From Nitrospirota bacterium (GTDB taxonomy: Bacteria; Nitrospirota; Thermodesulfovibrionia; Thermodesulfovibrionales; UBA6898): a stretch of DNA of 64,000 nucleotides. Numbering within the stretch: position 1 is the stretch's first letter; each line of letters starts with the position of its first letter. The notes beneath the pieces are model-generated. The model was not told the origin of the DNA and searched no databases. It was given only the letters and a program-made list of their open reading frames with translations. This document shows, one piece after another, positions 9,558 to 19,325 of the stretch. The stretch covers positions 29,053-93,052 of the forward strand of contig JAJXTV010000010.1 of NCBI GenBank assembly GCA_021783515.1. Reading direction: 5' to 3'. The translations under genes were made by a program, and so were the position numbers.

Positions 9558-11497
9558 GGAATGATGCGAAGAGATGGGGCCTTTCCCTCCTCCTGTCCGC
9601 CCTGCTGTTGCTCTTTTTTGCAGGCGCTGCATCTTCTGCGCAGGAAGTCGAAGAGCGCATCCTCTCCTTCGACAGCGTCATCACCGTTCATCGGGACTCC
9701 ACGATGACGGTCCAGGAGACGATCAGAGTGCTCGCGGACGGCCGGGATATCAGGCACGGCATCTACCGCGACTTCCCCACCATCTACAGAGATAAGTTCT
9801 GGAACAGGTCCACGCGGGGTTTCAGGGTCGAAAAGGTCCTTATGGACGGCAGGGGCGAGAATTTCACGGCCGGGCCGATAGACAACGGCATCAGGGTAAA
9901 GATCGGAGATGCGAATGTCCTTGTCAGCCCCGGGGAGCATACATATACGCTCAGATACAGGACGGACCGCCAGCTCGGATATTTCCCGGACCATGACGAG
10001 CTCTATTGGAACGTGACCGGAAACGGCTGGCAGTTCCCGATCGACAAGGCCACCGCGACGGTCGAACTCCCCGAGGCCGTCCGGGGAAAGGTCCTCTCGG
10101 TCGATGGGTACACGGGGCCGGAGGGGGCAAAGGGCAGGAATTTCACCGCGGCGACCGATTCCTCGGGCAGGCGGACTTTTTCGACAGTTTCCCCTCTGGG
10201 GCAATTCGAGGGCCTGACGATCGTCGTCTCCTGGCCGAAGGGGTTTGTGAAGGCCCCCACGCAGAAGGATAAACTGGGGTTTTTCCTTCGGGACAATGCC
10301 GACCTGCTCTGGGGCGTCATCGGGCTTCTCGCGGTCCTCGCATATTATCTCGCTGCATGGCTTCTGGTCGGCAGGGACCCCGCGGGGCGGTCGATCGTGG
10401 TCGAATATACCCCACCGGAGGGCATCTCCCCGGCTGCCATGAGGTTCATCTCGAAGATGCGCTACGACGACAGGGTATTTGCTTCGGCAGTAATAAATAT
10501 GGCGGTCAAAGGTCTCCTTAAGATTAAACGGTCCGGCGCATCCTATACCCTGAGCAGGGTCGCGGAAGCCCCGGAGGGGCTTTCTGAAGAGGAGCATACG
10601 GTCTGGGCGAACCTGCTTTCAACCCGCAAAAGCCTGGTCCTCTCGGATGAAAATTACAGGACGATTTCGAAGTCAATCGACGACCTCAAGGCGCTGCTTA
10701 AATCGAGGGTCCAGAAGGATCTCTTTTCGACCAACAGACCGTATCTTATCGGCGGCCTGGTCTTGTCGCTGTTTTTTATGTTCTACAGCTTTACCAGGGC
10801 GGATGTGATGAACTGCATGTTTGTCTTCATGATACTTTTTTTCTCGGCCCTCTTTACCGGCACTGCGCTTATGGGGATCAGGAAGGCCAGACAGGGCCGA
10901 AGGGAAGAGGCGGGAAGGCACGGCGTCATGTCGTCGGTGAGGAAGGCCGAAGGCGGCGCATCGGCTGTCCTGTACGGCCTGCTCCTGACGGCGGCCGTCA
11001 TCGGCGGGCTTTTCGGGCTTTCCTATAACACGTCGCCCCTCTACGCGCTTACGTTCCTGGGGTTCCCTGTCGCAGGGCTTGTCTTCCAACGCCTTCTGAA
11101 GGCGCCGACGAAAGAGGGCGGCATCCTGCGCGGCAGGATCGAGGGTTTCAGGACCTTCCTCGCGGCAACTGAAGAGGATCGTCTGAACCGAATGAACCCT
11201 CCGGAGATGACCCCCGGGCTGTTTGAGAAGTACCTCCCCTATGCCCTCGCCCTGGATGTCGAGCAGCAATGGGCAGAGCAGTTCAGCGGCATCCTCTCCG
11301 AGGCGCAGTACAAGCCGGAATGGTGCAGCGGAACGATATGGGATTCTGCCGATATCACCCGCTTTTCGTCCTCGCTCGGCAGCTCGCTGTCCGAATCCAT
11401 ATCCTCGTCGTCAACCCCTCCAGGGTCGACCTCCGGCAGCGGCGGTGGCGGCTCCTCGGGCGGAGGCGGGGGCGGAGGCGGAGGGGGAGGCTGGTAA
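9554..11497 (+). CDS. DUF2207-family membrane protein with a poly-Gly C-terminus
   Basis: The start at [30 protein letters not shown] shares ATGA with the upstream stop. It has a large extracytoplasmic domain, several TM helices and a C-terminal [20 protein letters not shown], as is typical for DUF2207. Confidence 0.7.
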   Translation: MRNDAKRWGLSLLLSALLLLFFAGAASSAQEVEERILSFDSVITVHRDSTMTVQETIRVLADGRDIRHGIYRDFPTIYRDKFWNRSTRGFRVEKVLMDGRGENFTAGPIDNGIRVKIGDANVLVSPGEHTYTLRYRTDRQLGYFPDHDELYWNVTGNGWQFPIDKATATVELPEAVRGKVLSVDGYTGPEGAKGRNFTAATDSSGRRTFSTVSPLGQFEGLTIVVSWPKGFVKAPTQKDKLGFFLRDNADLLWGVIGLLAVLAYYLAAWLLVGRDPAGRSIVVEYTPPEGISPAAMRFISKMRYDDRVFASAVINMAVKGLLKIKRSGASYTLSRVAEAPEGLSEEEHTVWANLLSTRKSLVLSDENYRTISKSIDDLKALLKSRVQKDLFSTNRPYLIGGLVLSLFFMFYSFTRADVMNCMFVFMILFFSALFTGTALMGIRKARQGRREEAGRHGVMSSVRKAEGGASAVLYGLLLTAAVIGGLFGLSYNTSPLYALTFLGFPVAGLVFQRLLKAPTKEGGILRGRIEGFRTFLAATEEDRLNRMNPPEMTPGLFEKYLPYALALDVEQQWAEQFSGILSEAQYKPEWCSGTIWDSADITRFSSSLGSSLSESISSSSTPPGSTSGSGGGGSSGGGGGGGGGGGW

Positions 11498-11502
11498 CCG
11501 GC

Positions 11503-11748
11503 GTGAGGAAAAATATCGGCGGAAGTCATGGGACGGCTTTTCTGTTGTGCTGCCTGTTGTTTGTCAGTGTCGTATATGCGGAGGCCGATTCGGGAACGCC
11601 GCTTTCCGAGGCGCGGGCGCTGCATCTGCTCGAGGCGCAAATTCAGCGGGACGGGCTTTATCAGATGGATAAGACTCCCGCGGGATGGAGGATAGCGGAT
11701 ATCCGCTACCAGAAAGGCCTGCCGTTGTCGGAACTGCTGAAGCAATAA
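11503..11748 (+). CDS. Small hypothetical secreted protein (GTG start)
   Basis: Tail of ORF 11269..11748. VRKNIGGSHGTAFLLCCLLFVSVVYAEA looks like a signal peptide, and a purine-rich stretch (GGGGGAGG) lies upstream. Confidence 0.35.
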   Translation: MRKNIGGSHGTAFLLCCLLFVSVVYAEADSGTPLSEARALHLLEAQIQRDGLYQMDKTPAGWRIADIRYQKGLPLSELLKQ

Positions 11749-11819
11749 CCCACTGTCGAGTAAGGCGGTGGCAACTGAAAAGATCGCTGGCTGATGCCGG
11801 GATCATGGAAGAGGGAAAG

Positions 11820-12287
11820 ATGAAGTCAATAAATCTGCGGGCTGCCGCAATGGCGATGGCGCTCCTCTTCTTATGTCGCGGGGCCGCAGGTGCGGAAACG
11901 ATCTCCTGCAAGTATGAAAAAAGTTTCACATAAGGCGGGCGTGAGGAGCACGAGTTGAGCCTTGGCATAACTCTTGGCAAGATCACGGGCCTGACATACT
12001 CAAATGTCATGTCCAACGGAGAGGAGGGAGGCGCCTATTTCTGTGATCTTGACCTCGCCGCCGGCTCGCCTCATTTGGAGTGGATCAGGGCGGACGGGAA
12101 GATACGGGTCATCGACAAAGATCCTGAGGAGGAGTCCTTTGCCGAGATAGAGACGCTACCCGGGGGCGGCTATAAAGTGAGCCTCGGCAATGTTTCATCT
12201 TATCATTGCGGGTTCGGCTCGGAATTCCCTGCCTATATCATCCTGAAGAAATCCGATAAGGCCTGCGTCGTAAAGGGGAGGGAGTAG
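11820..12287 (+). pseudogene. Secreted hypothetical protein interrupted by a single in-frame TAA (11931-11933)
   Basis: ORFs 11685..11933 and 11955..12287 are in the same frame. Signal peptide MKSINLRAAAMAMALLFLCRGAAGA, then ...KYEKSFT*GGREEHELSLGITLG... Confidence 0.45.
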
Positions 12288-12443
12288 AGGGCATGGATAT
12301 GAATACCGGAGAGGCAAAGGCAGGGGAAAATACGGCTTCCGGGAAGGTGAAGACGGGGGCAACTTCCCGGCCGAATCCCTTTTCCCCCGATGAATATACC
12401 CTCCTGCTGCATAATAAGCGCCGCAACTCTTCGGGGTAAGAAG

Positions 12444-14189
12444 ATGAAGACGACAGCCCTGATCAGCCTGATGTTTGCATTGGCTCTGGCGTCATGCGCC
12501 ACAACGCAGAGAGGTCCGCAAGGCGCGCCAGCAGCCTTGCGGTCGGAAGTCCGGGAAGCTGACGCGGCCTATGAGAGAGGTGACTATGAAGCGGCCTTTG
12601 CACTGTATCTGGGGGCGGCGACGAAGGGGCATGTTGGCTCTCAGGTAATGGTGGCCCGGATGTATGAGGAAGGCCAAGGGGTAACCAAGGATTATCGGGA
12701 GGCGTTCAGATGGTACAAGATGGCAGCAGAAGAGGGCCAGGAAATCGCCCAGAATAACCTGGGCGTCATGTACGCCCTTGGGCAGGGAGTTCGGAAAGAT
12801 TACCAGGCGGCATTGAAATGGTACGTTCGCTCCGCCGAACAGGGCTACGTGATCGCGCAGAACAATGTCGGCGCGGCGTACGAGAACGCCCAGGGGATCG
12901 AAAGAGACTACCGCGAGGCTCTCCGGTGGTATAAACGTGCCGCCGACCAGGGCCATGGCGCATCGCAGAACAATCTCGGGAGCATGTATGAGCATGGGAG
13001 GGGCGTCCCGAAGGACTTCGACGAGGCGATGAGATGGTATCGGCTTGCGGCCGACCGGGGGAATGCCTTCGCGGAATTCAACATCGGCATGATGTACTAT
13101 GACGGCAAGGGAGTGGAGCAGAATTACGGCGAGGCATATCGATGGCTCCGGCTTGCCGCCGATCAGGGCTATAGCGACGCACAGACCAACATAGCTCATA
13201 TGCTCATGTACGGAGAGGGAGTAAAGAGGGACCCCAAGGAGGGGATGAGATGGTACAGGCTGGCCGCAGATCAGGGCAATGCGCATGCGCAGTTCTGCAT
13301 CGCCCAGTATTATCTCGAAGAATCGGCGGAGGAGGGCAGTCGTAAGCAGGGCGCAGAATGGATGAGGAAGGCCGCCGAAAACGGCTCGGCCCTTGCCAGA
13401 ACGAACCTCGGCTATCTCTATGCCGAAGGCATCGGCGTGGCGCGGGACCCCAAGGAGGCGGTAAGGTGGTATCGGCTTGCTGCCGAACAGGGGTTTGCCA
13501 TGGCCCAGTTCAATCTTGGTGTGAAATACGGCGAGGGACAGGGAGTAAATCAGAACTTAGGTGAGGCCATGAAATGGTATCTGAAGGCGGCGGAGCAGAA
13601 TTTCCCGAATGCCCAGTTCAACATAGGGTGGATGTACGCTGAGGGGTTGGGGGTGAGACAGGACTATGCCCTGGCGGCTAAGTGGTACCGGCTCGCCGCC
13701 GGGCAGGGCTATCCGGAGGCGCTCTTCAATCTCGGCATGTTGTATTCCGACGGGACCGGTGTCGGCAAAGACCCTCAGGAGGCCCTCCGGCTCTTCCGGG
13801 AGGCCGCCGCGCTCAAATTCGCCCCCGCCCAATATAACCTTGGAGTGAAGTACCGCGAAGGCGACGGCGTGCCGCAGGATTATAAGGAAGCGGTGAAATG
13901 GTTCCGGCTGGCGGCGGACCAGGGGTACAGGGATGCCCGGCATAACCTCGCCATGATGTATGTCGATGGCCTGGGCGTTCGCCGCGATTATGCCGAGGCG
14001 GTGCGGTGGTTTCTCCTTGCCGCCGCCCAGGGCGATGCGGAGGCGAAGTGTACGCTCGCGGAGATGTACGCACAGGGACTCGGCGTGAAGAAAGACCTTG
14101 GCCAGGCCAGGCGGCTCGTCCGGGAAGGATATGCCGCCGGAGGGACCAACTGCAGGACGGTGATGGATGAATATCAGCTCTCGAAGTAG
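12444..14189 (+). CDS. Sel1-repeat (SLR/TPR-like) lipoprotein
   Basis: Lipobox LALASC. It contains more than a dozen tandem Sel1 units of the form A-x-WYRLAA-x-QG-x-x-AQ-x-NLG-x-MY-x-x-G-x-GV-x-x-D. Confidence 0.85.
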   Translation: MKTTALISLMFALALASCATTQRGPQGAPAALRSEVREADAAYERGDYEAAFALYLGAATKGHVGSQVMVARMYEEGQGVTKDYREAFRWYKMAAEEGQEIAQNNLGVMYALGQGVRKDYQAALKWYVRSAEQGYVIAQNNVGAAYENAQGIERDYREALRWYKRAADQGHGASQNNLGSMYEHGRGVPKDFDEAMRWYRLAADRGNAFAEFNIGMMYYDGKGVEQNYGEAYRWLRLAADQGYSDAQTNIAHMLMYGEGVKRDPKEGMRWYRLAADQGNAHAQFCIAQYYLEESAEEGSRKQGAEWMRKAAENGSALARTNLGYLYAEGIGVARDPKEAVRWYRLAAEQGFAMAQFNLGVKYGEGQGVNQNLGEAMKWYLKAAEQNFPNAQFNIGWMYAEGLGVRQDYALAAKWYRLAAGQGYPEALFNLGMLYSDGTGVGKDPQEALRLFREAAALKFAPAQYNLGVKYREGDGVPQDYKEAVKWFRLAADQGYRDARHNLAMMYVDGLGVRRDYAEAVRWFLLAAAQGDAEAKCTLAEMYAQGLGVKKDLGQARRLVREGYAAGGTNCRTVMDEYQLSK

Positions 14190-14244
14190 CGGCCGGGCTG
14201 ATGGAAGTCCTCATCCCGGCGGTTCTTCGGATAAAGGTGGGGCG

Positions 14245-15591
14245 ATGAGAATGCGTGCGTTAATCTGCATGATGGTGGTGTGTGCGCTGGCGTCATGCGC
14301 CGGGCCTTCAAAGTACTACGACAGTGCCATGGCGTCCTATGGGAAAAAGGACTTTGAGACCGCCTACACCCTGTTTTTGAAGGCTGCGGAGCAGGACAAC
14401 GCGAGGGCATTTTATTACATAGGCGGTATGAATATGAAGGGGCAAGGGGTGAAGCAGGATTATCGGGAGGCCCTGAAGTGGCTCAAGAGGGCCGCCGACC
14501 GGGGCTATGCGCCGGCGCAGTATGATTACGGATATATGTATTACAGCGGAGAGGGCGTCTCTCAGGATTATAAAGAAGCCATGAAATGGTTCCGCCTTTC
14601 GGCTGAGCAGGGCAACAGTATTGCGCAGACCAAGATAGGGTATATGTATCACGAAGGCCAGGGAGTGCGGCAAGACTATAAAGAGGCCATAAAATGGTTC
14701 CGGCTCGCCGCAGAACAGGGTGATGCCCTCGGCCAGTTCGACCTCGGATATATGTATGAGAAAGGACAGGGCCTGCCGTCTGATCCGCAGGAGGCCCGGC
14801 GATGGTATCAGCGGGCGGCGGACAAGGGCAGCGAAACCGCCCGGAAGAACCTCGCCCGTCTGGATGACGGCGCCGTCGGCATTCTGGAAGGGATCTGGGT
14901 CCCGGAATCGACGGTCCGCACGCTGAAGGAGACCTTCTCTCCCATCTCCTGCCGTCCCGAGATGATCATCATTTCACGGAACGCCGATCGAAGATGGAAG
15001 TTTACGTGGGCCAACTTTCATGAGGGATCGTGGAGATACATATTGGGCTATGCGAGTCAAGCCGGTGACAGGAGCAAGGGAACCCTGCGCTTGAGCAAGT
15101 GGGAGAGCCCGATGGCCGATGATACGCCTGAAGGGCTGATTCAGGTCGATACCGGCCTCGGCAAATCGGGATCTGTTCTCTGGATGTCCTTCAACTCGCT
15201 TCTCGGGCTCGACCATAATAATGAGCGCTTTGTGAAGATACCGGTGGAGCTCGACAGGTATGCAAACGAACTGCTGATCGCCGGCAACTGGCACGACCGG
15301 GACAAGAGGTCCTATGTCTTCACTCCGGACGGCGCCGCCAGATGGCCGGATGGCTCGTTTCACTACGAGATATCCATGGATAAGATCGAGGCGGGGTGTG
15401 ATTATATCAAGGTAGCGGTAAAGGGAGAGCCCGGGGTCTATAAAAGATATGGCTTTAAGCGGACCAAAGACACTCTGTCCCTTTATACGATCGTGTATGA
15501 CCGGGACATGCCGATCAGCTGCGAAGATACACCCTTTGTCGTGTTGAAAAGGGACGATTCTATCATAGAAAAAAACCGTATCACAGATTGA
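14245..15591 (+). CDS. Sel1-repeat lipoprotein with an unknown C-terminal domain of about 230 aa
   Basis: Lipobox VCALASC, about five Sel1 units (KWFRLSAEQG...), then a non-repetitive C-terminal domain. Confidence 0.8.
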   Translation: MRMRALICMMVVCALASCAGPSKYYDSAMASYGKKDFETAYTLFLKAAEQDNARAFYYIGGMNMKGQGVKQDYREALKWLKRAADRGYAPAQYDYGYMYYSGEGVSQDYKEAMKWFRLSAEQGNSIAQTKIGYMYHEGQGVRQDYKEAIKWFRLAAEQGDALGQFDLGYMYEKGQGLPSDPQEARRWYQRAADKGSETARKNLARLDDGAVGILEGIWVPESTVRTLKETFSPISCRPEMIIISRNADRRWKFTWANFHEGSWRYILGYASQAGDRSKGTLRLSKWESPMADDTPEGLIQVDTGLGKSGSVLWMSFNSLLGLDHNNERFVKIPVELDRYANELLIAGNWHDRDKRSYVFTPDGAARWPDGSFHYEISMDKIEAGCDYIKVAVKGEPGVYKRYGFKRTKDTLSLYTIVYDRDMPISCEDTPFVVLKRDDSIIEKNRITD

Positions 15592-15604
15592 GAGGGGAGA
15601 ATCA

Positions 15605-16045
15605 ATGACATCAATTCGGTCGCACCATCTTGTCGTCGTAATAGTCTGCCTTATCTCTCTCTTCGGCTCGGGACCCGGGGCTGAAGCTGCATCTCCGGCC
15701 GGTCAGTCGGCGAAGGACCGCATCGATAAGGCGGAGGAGGCATGCATCGACAAGGACCCTTCGACTGCAGGGATGACCGAATGTGCGGAAAAGGCCTACG
15801 GCATGTGGGACAAGGAGTTGAACAGGAATTATGCCGCGTTGATGAAAGCGCTCTCCCCGAAAGACAGAGAGACCCTCAAGGCGGCCCAGAGGAAATGGAT
15901 TGAATATCGGGATCAGGAATTCAAATTGATCGATGCGATTTATGCACAGCTCGAAGGCAGCATGTATATCCCCATGCGTGTGGAAGCGCGCATCGACATC
16001 ATAAGGGAGCGTGCACTGAAAATGGCGGCGTACCTGGATCTGTAG
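15605..16045 (+). CDS. LprI/DUF1311-family periplasmic protein (lysozyme-inhibitor-like)
   Basis: Signal peptide, then C-x-D...MTECAEKAYGMWDKELNRNYAALMKAL...AQRKWIEYRD. Confidence 0.7.
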   Translation: MTSIRSHHLVVVIVCLISLFGSGPGAEAASPAGQSAKDRIDKAEEACIDKDPSTAGMTECAEKAYGMWDKELNRNYAALMKALSPKDRETLKAAQRKWIEYRDQEFKLIDAIYAQLEGSMYIPMRVEARIDIIRERALKMAAYLDL

Positions 16046-16348
16046 GACAAAGGCAGATAGGTTTTACGAAGGTATACCCTATCGTTGCAAACCGGATCAC
16101 GGAGACCTCCACGTTGAATATGATGAAATCCATCGGGGTACTCCAGTGAACATCTCCTGAGCAGTTGCGGGGCCGTTATACTCGGATAGAGGAGGACGCT
16201 TTCGCGATAAATCGTTCATGCCGGCGGATGCGGATATCCGGCGCGGGGCGGGACCTCCGCGCAACTGCTTGCTCATATATATACCGCCGGTGTTACAGTA
16301 GTCAATAGCAATTCGGTGCAGGGGCATAACCATCAAGGGAGGTCTATC

Positions 16349-17173
16349 ATGGGTCTGTTCGAGATCGACAGCGACAAGTGCAGGCGCGACGGCATATGCG
16401 TGGAGGAATGCCCGATGCGCATCCTCGAGATGAAGGACGCCTCTTCCGCACCCACGCCGGTGGAAGAGGCCGAGCAGAGGTGCATCAGATGCGGCCACTG
16501 CGTCGCGGTCTGCCCGCACGGGGCCTTTTCCCTTTCCGAAATGAGGACGGAGGACTGTCCGCCGGTGAGGAAGGGGCTGCTCCCAGGAGTCCAACAGGCC
16601 GAGCATTTCCTCAGGTCGCGCCGGTCTATCCGGACGTATCAGGAGAAGGAAGTAGAGCGCGAGAAATTGGCGCGGCTGATCGACATCGCGCGGTATGCGC
16701 CGACGGGCACCAACAGCCAGCAGGTGAAATGGCTTGTCGTGAATTCGAGAGAAGGTGTGCGTCAGATGGCCGGCCAGGTAGTGGACCTTATACGCCACAT
16801 GATTGCCGGGAAGCATCCGCTGTCAGAGAGATATCGAATGCCCGGCATGGTGGCGGCCTGGGAAGCGGGGACAGACCTCATCTGCCGGGGCGCACCGGGA
16901 CTGGTAATCGCCCACGCCCCGAAGGACTATATGATGGCGCAGACGGACAGCACGATTGCGCTCACCTTCCTCGATCTGGCCGCGCCGTGTCTCGGCCTTG
17001 GCACCTGCTGGGCGGGTTTCTTTATGGTGGCGGCGTCGCAGTGGCCGCCGCTTCAGCAGGCGCTCGCGCTGCCGGAAGGCAACGCCTGCTTCGGCGCGAT
17101 GATGATAGGCTACCCGAAATACCGGTATCAGAGGCTGCCGCTCAGGAAAGAGGCCGACGTTACCTGGCGTTAG
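16349..17173 (+). CDS. Nitroreductase-family protein with an N-terminal 4Fe-4S ferredoxin domain
   Basis: The ATG follows AAGGGAGG. It has two CxxCxxCxxxCP clusters (CRRDGICVEECP, CIRCGHCVAVCP), then RRSIRTYQEKEV...ARYAPTGTNSQ. Confidence 0.8.
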   Translation: MGLFEIDSDKCRRDGICVEECPMRILEMKDASSAPTPVEEAEQRCIRCGHCVAVCPHGAFSLSEMRTEDCPPVRKGLLPGVQQAEHFLRSRRSIRTYQEKEVEREKLARLIDIARYAPTGTNSQQVKWLVVNSREGVRQMAGQVVDLIRHMIAGKHPLSERYRMPGMVAAWEAGTDLICRGAPGLVIAHAPKDYMMAQTDSTIALTFLDLAAPCLGLGTCWAGFFMVAASQWPPLQQALALPEGNACFGAMMIGYPKYRYQRLPLRKEADVTWR

Positions 17174-17221
17174 CGGTCTTCCTCTCCTTTTGTCGCCGAT
17201 GCGACCGCCGATTGCTGGCAA

Positions 17222-18199
17222 TCAGAAGCGATTGTCGCGGATGAACGATCTCATATCTCCCGGCAGGGGCGCATCGAACACAAGCACTTCGCCTGATATC
17301 GGATGGTGTATGATGAGCCGCGAGGCATGAAGGAGGTGCCTCGGAGTTTCCAGCCAAGGGAGGGGACCGTAGTCTCCGGCCCTGACATTCCTTGCGAACG
17401 CGAGAAATTCATCGTCGCTTCTCCCATATAGCTTATCGCCCACCACCGGGTGCCCGGCATGTTCCAGATGGACCCTGATCTGGTTTGTTCTTCCGGTGAT
17501 GGGCCTGCACCTGACCACCGTGGACGATGCCTTCCGCTTTATGACGTCAAATGCCGTTTCGGAGGATTTGGCGCCGGCGCTGTCCTCGTAGACGACCTTC
17601 TTTCTTATCGAGATGCAGCTGTCTCGATCGGGCGCCAGGAACCCCCTGACCCCAAATGAATCTTCATGGATTATTCCACGGGCCACCGCAACATACTCCT
17701 TCTTTACCGTCCCGGTTTCAAACTGCCGCAGGAGAGACCGGTGTGCGACCGAGGTCTTGGCGGCGACGATGATGCCGCTTGTCTCCCGGTCTAGTCGATG
17801 CGCCAGATGAATGGTACCCTGAAATCCCCTGTCGGCCATTCGCTGGCGCAAAAGAAAGATAAAAGTGTTCCTGATATATCTGCCGACGGAATGCGAGGGC
17901 AGGTTGCCGGGTTTATTTGCCACAAGAAAGGTTTCTTCTTCGTGGAGGATTTGTATGTTTCTGTCGACAGGAGGCTCGCGGAGAACATCCCGATACGAGA
18001 CAATATCATCTTTCTTCAGGAGATGATCGGCCGCCGTCATCGCCCCGTTAACCGTCACCCTCCCGAATCCGATCATCTGCAGCCATTCCGCAGGGGGCCG
18101 GTATTTGAACCGTCCGGCAAGGAAATCGATAAGGCTCCTGTCCGCAAACTGGGTTGAGATCCTGTATGAAAACATGGTTTCTTCTGTCATGCAATCCAC
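17222..18199 (-). CDS. RluA-family 23S rRNA pseudouridine synthase (RluC/D-like, with S4 domain)
   Basis: 325 aa. It has the catalytic motif HRLDRETSGIIVAAK and the C-terminal NQIRVHL. Confidence 0.85.
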   Translation of the reverse strand: MDCMTEETMFSYRISTQFADRSLIDFLAGRFKYRPPAEWLQMIGFGRVTVNGAMTAADHLLKKDDIVSYRDVLREPPVDRNIQILHEEETFLVANKPGNLPSHSVGRYIRNTFIFLLRQRMADRGFQGTIHLAHRLDRETSGIIVAAKTSVAHRSLLRQFETGTVKKEYVAVARGIIHEDSFGVRGFLAPDRDSCISIRKKVVYEDSAGAKSSETAFDVIKRKASSTVVRCRPITGRTNQIRVHLEHAGHPVVGDKLYGRSDDEFLAFARNVRAGDYGPLPWLETPRHLLHASRLIIHHPISGEVLVFDAPLPGDMRSFIRDNRF

Positions 18200-18497
18200 G
18201 CCTCAGACATATGGCAGGCCCTATTATAACCTGCATGACTGACAGAGCGGAAAGTTCCGGATGTGAATCATCCCGGCTTTGCCTCGGGGCATCGGGAGCC
18301 GGGTATTGTCTGAAAGAAGTCGCCCGGCGTGGTGTATGACTGATACCCCGCACCTAAGACCCTCTTTCGGAACTCCCGATTTCCGCAAACCTGCGACACC
18401 GTGCCGAAGAAGGAGACGCAGCTTGCCTCATGTCAGGGCAGCCCTTCGTTATTCTCTGCTTTATTCTTTCCGAGAACATAATTTGATTCTATACCGC

Positions 18498-18526
18498 TTG
18501 ACATATTACGTTGTGCGTAATAGACT
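18498..18526 (+). promoter_or_regulatory. Predicted sigma-70 promoter of higBA with an overlapping palindromic operator
   Basis: TTGACA (18498-18503), a 17-nt spacer containing ATTACG-ttgtg-CGTAAT (18505-18521), then TAGACT (18521-18526). The higB ATG lies at 18534, so the mRNA would be nearly leaderless. Confidence 0.5.
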
Positions 18527-18533
18527 ATGAAAT

Positions 18534-18812
18534 ATGATCCGATCATTCCTTGACGCGAGAGCCCAGGCACTGTTTAATGATCTTGACGTGCCGCGGTTTC
18601 GTCCGATCGAACGGGTTGCAAGGCGAAGGTTGCTGTACCTTCATCAGGCCAGTCGCCTGGAAGACCTCCGGGTGCCTCCGGGCAACCGGCTCGAAGCCCT
18701 GAAGGGCGATCGGAAGGGACAACACAGTATCAGGATCAATGATCAGTGGCGGATCTGCTTTCGCTGGAAAGACGGAGACGCCTATGACGTCGAAATTACA
18801 GACTACCATTAG
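18534..18812 (+). CDS. higB: HigB toxin (plasmid-maintenance killer protein family, RelE/ParE superfamily)
   Basis: 92 aa. MIRSF...ALF...LEDLRVPPGNRLEALKGDRKGQHSIRINDQWRICFRW...V.ITDYH is the classical HigB pattern. Confidence 0.85.
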   Translation: MIRSFLDARAQALFNDLDVPRFRPIERVARRRLLYLHQASRLEDLRVPPGNRLEALKGDRKGQHSIRINDQWRICFRWKDGDAYDVEITDYH

Positions 18813-18821
18813 AGGTGTGGC

Positions 18822-19127
18822 ATGACTGAAAAACAGGGAGTTCTTGAACCCATTCATCCGGGAGAGATCCTCCTGGAGGAGTTTATGAAGCCTTTTGGGA
18901 TCAGTATCAACAAACTGGCCCGTGACATCGCTGTACCGCCTGGCCGCATCAGCGCGATCGTCAACGGCAAGCGGGCGATAACCGCCGACACGGCCATGAG
19001 GCTCGGCCGATACTTTGGCACGTCGCCGGAGGTCTGGATGGGCCTGCAGACGGACTACGAACTTCGTGTCGCCAAGCGAACAATCGGGCCTGAGATAGAG
19101 AAACGCGTTCATCGTCACGCAGCATAG
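18822..19127 (+). CDS. higA: HigA antitoxin (XRE HTH)
   Basis: 101 aa. IHPGEILLEEFMKP...SINKLARDIAVPPGRISAIVNGKRAITADTAMRLGRYFGTSPEVWMGLQTDYEL. Confidence 0.85.
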   Translation: MTEKQGVLEPIHPGEILLEEFMKPFGISINKLARDIAVPPGRISAIVNGKRAITADTAMRLGRYFGTSPEVWMGLQTDYELRVAKRTIGPEIEKRVHRHAA

Positions 19128-19231
19128 CCAGGGAAAATAGTGACGCATCAGGATGTGTCCCTGGGCGGCGCCACAATGTCTGCTCTGACTGATAACTGAT
19201 AGATATGTGAATGTGAAACTGTTGAGGTTTT

Positions 19232-19278
19232 CCGACAGAACCCTGCATGCGCCTGTCCCTTTTTCCTTCTTCTGTCGG
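19232..19278. repeat. 9-bp perfect inverted repeat (CCGACAGAA ... TTCTGTCGG) with a 29-nt loop
   Basis: Read directly at 19232-19240 and 19270-19278. It lies just downstream of cap3 and may be the 3' structure of the CBASS transcript. Confidence 0.45.
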
Positions 19279-19325
19279 TAATCACTATGCTTGATTCCGT
19301 GCGTTCCATAACTACTAAGAACCGG

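Noticed and set aside
9218-10597. 459-aa minus-strand ORF antisense to the DUF2207 gene and the upstream gene
   Set aside because: It has no motifs and overlaps two plus-strand genes that carry signal peptides and share translational coupling.
11440-11494. GGC/GGA-rich simple repeat, possibly G-quadruplex-prone
   Set aside because: It is fully explained as the coding sequence for the poly-Gly C-terminal tail that is typical of DUF2207 proteins.
16378-17244. 288-aa alternative plus-strand frame overlapping the nitroreductase gene
   Set aside because: It is Arg/Gly/Ala-rich nonsense. The 16349..17173 frame carries the ferredoxin and nitroreductase motifs.
19232-19278. The 9-bp inverted repeat at the left island edge as an att or transposon end
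   Set aside because: No matching repeat exists at the right edge and there is no recombinase. It is more simply a 3' stem-loop of the CBASS transcript, so I listed it only as a repeat feature.
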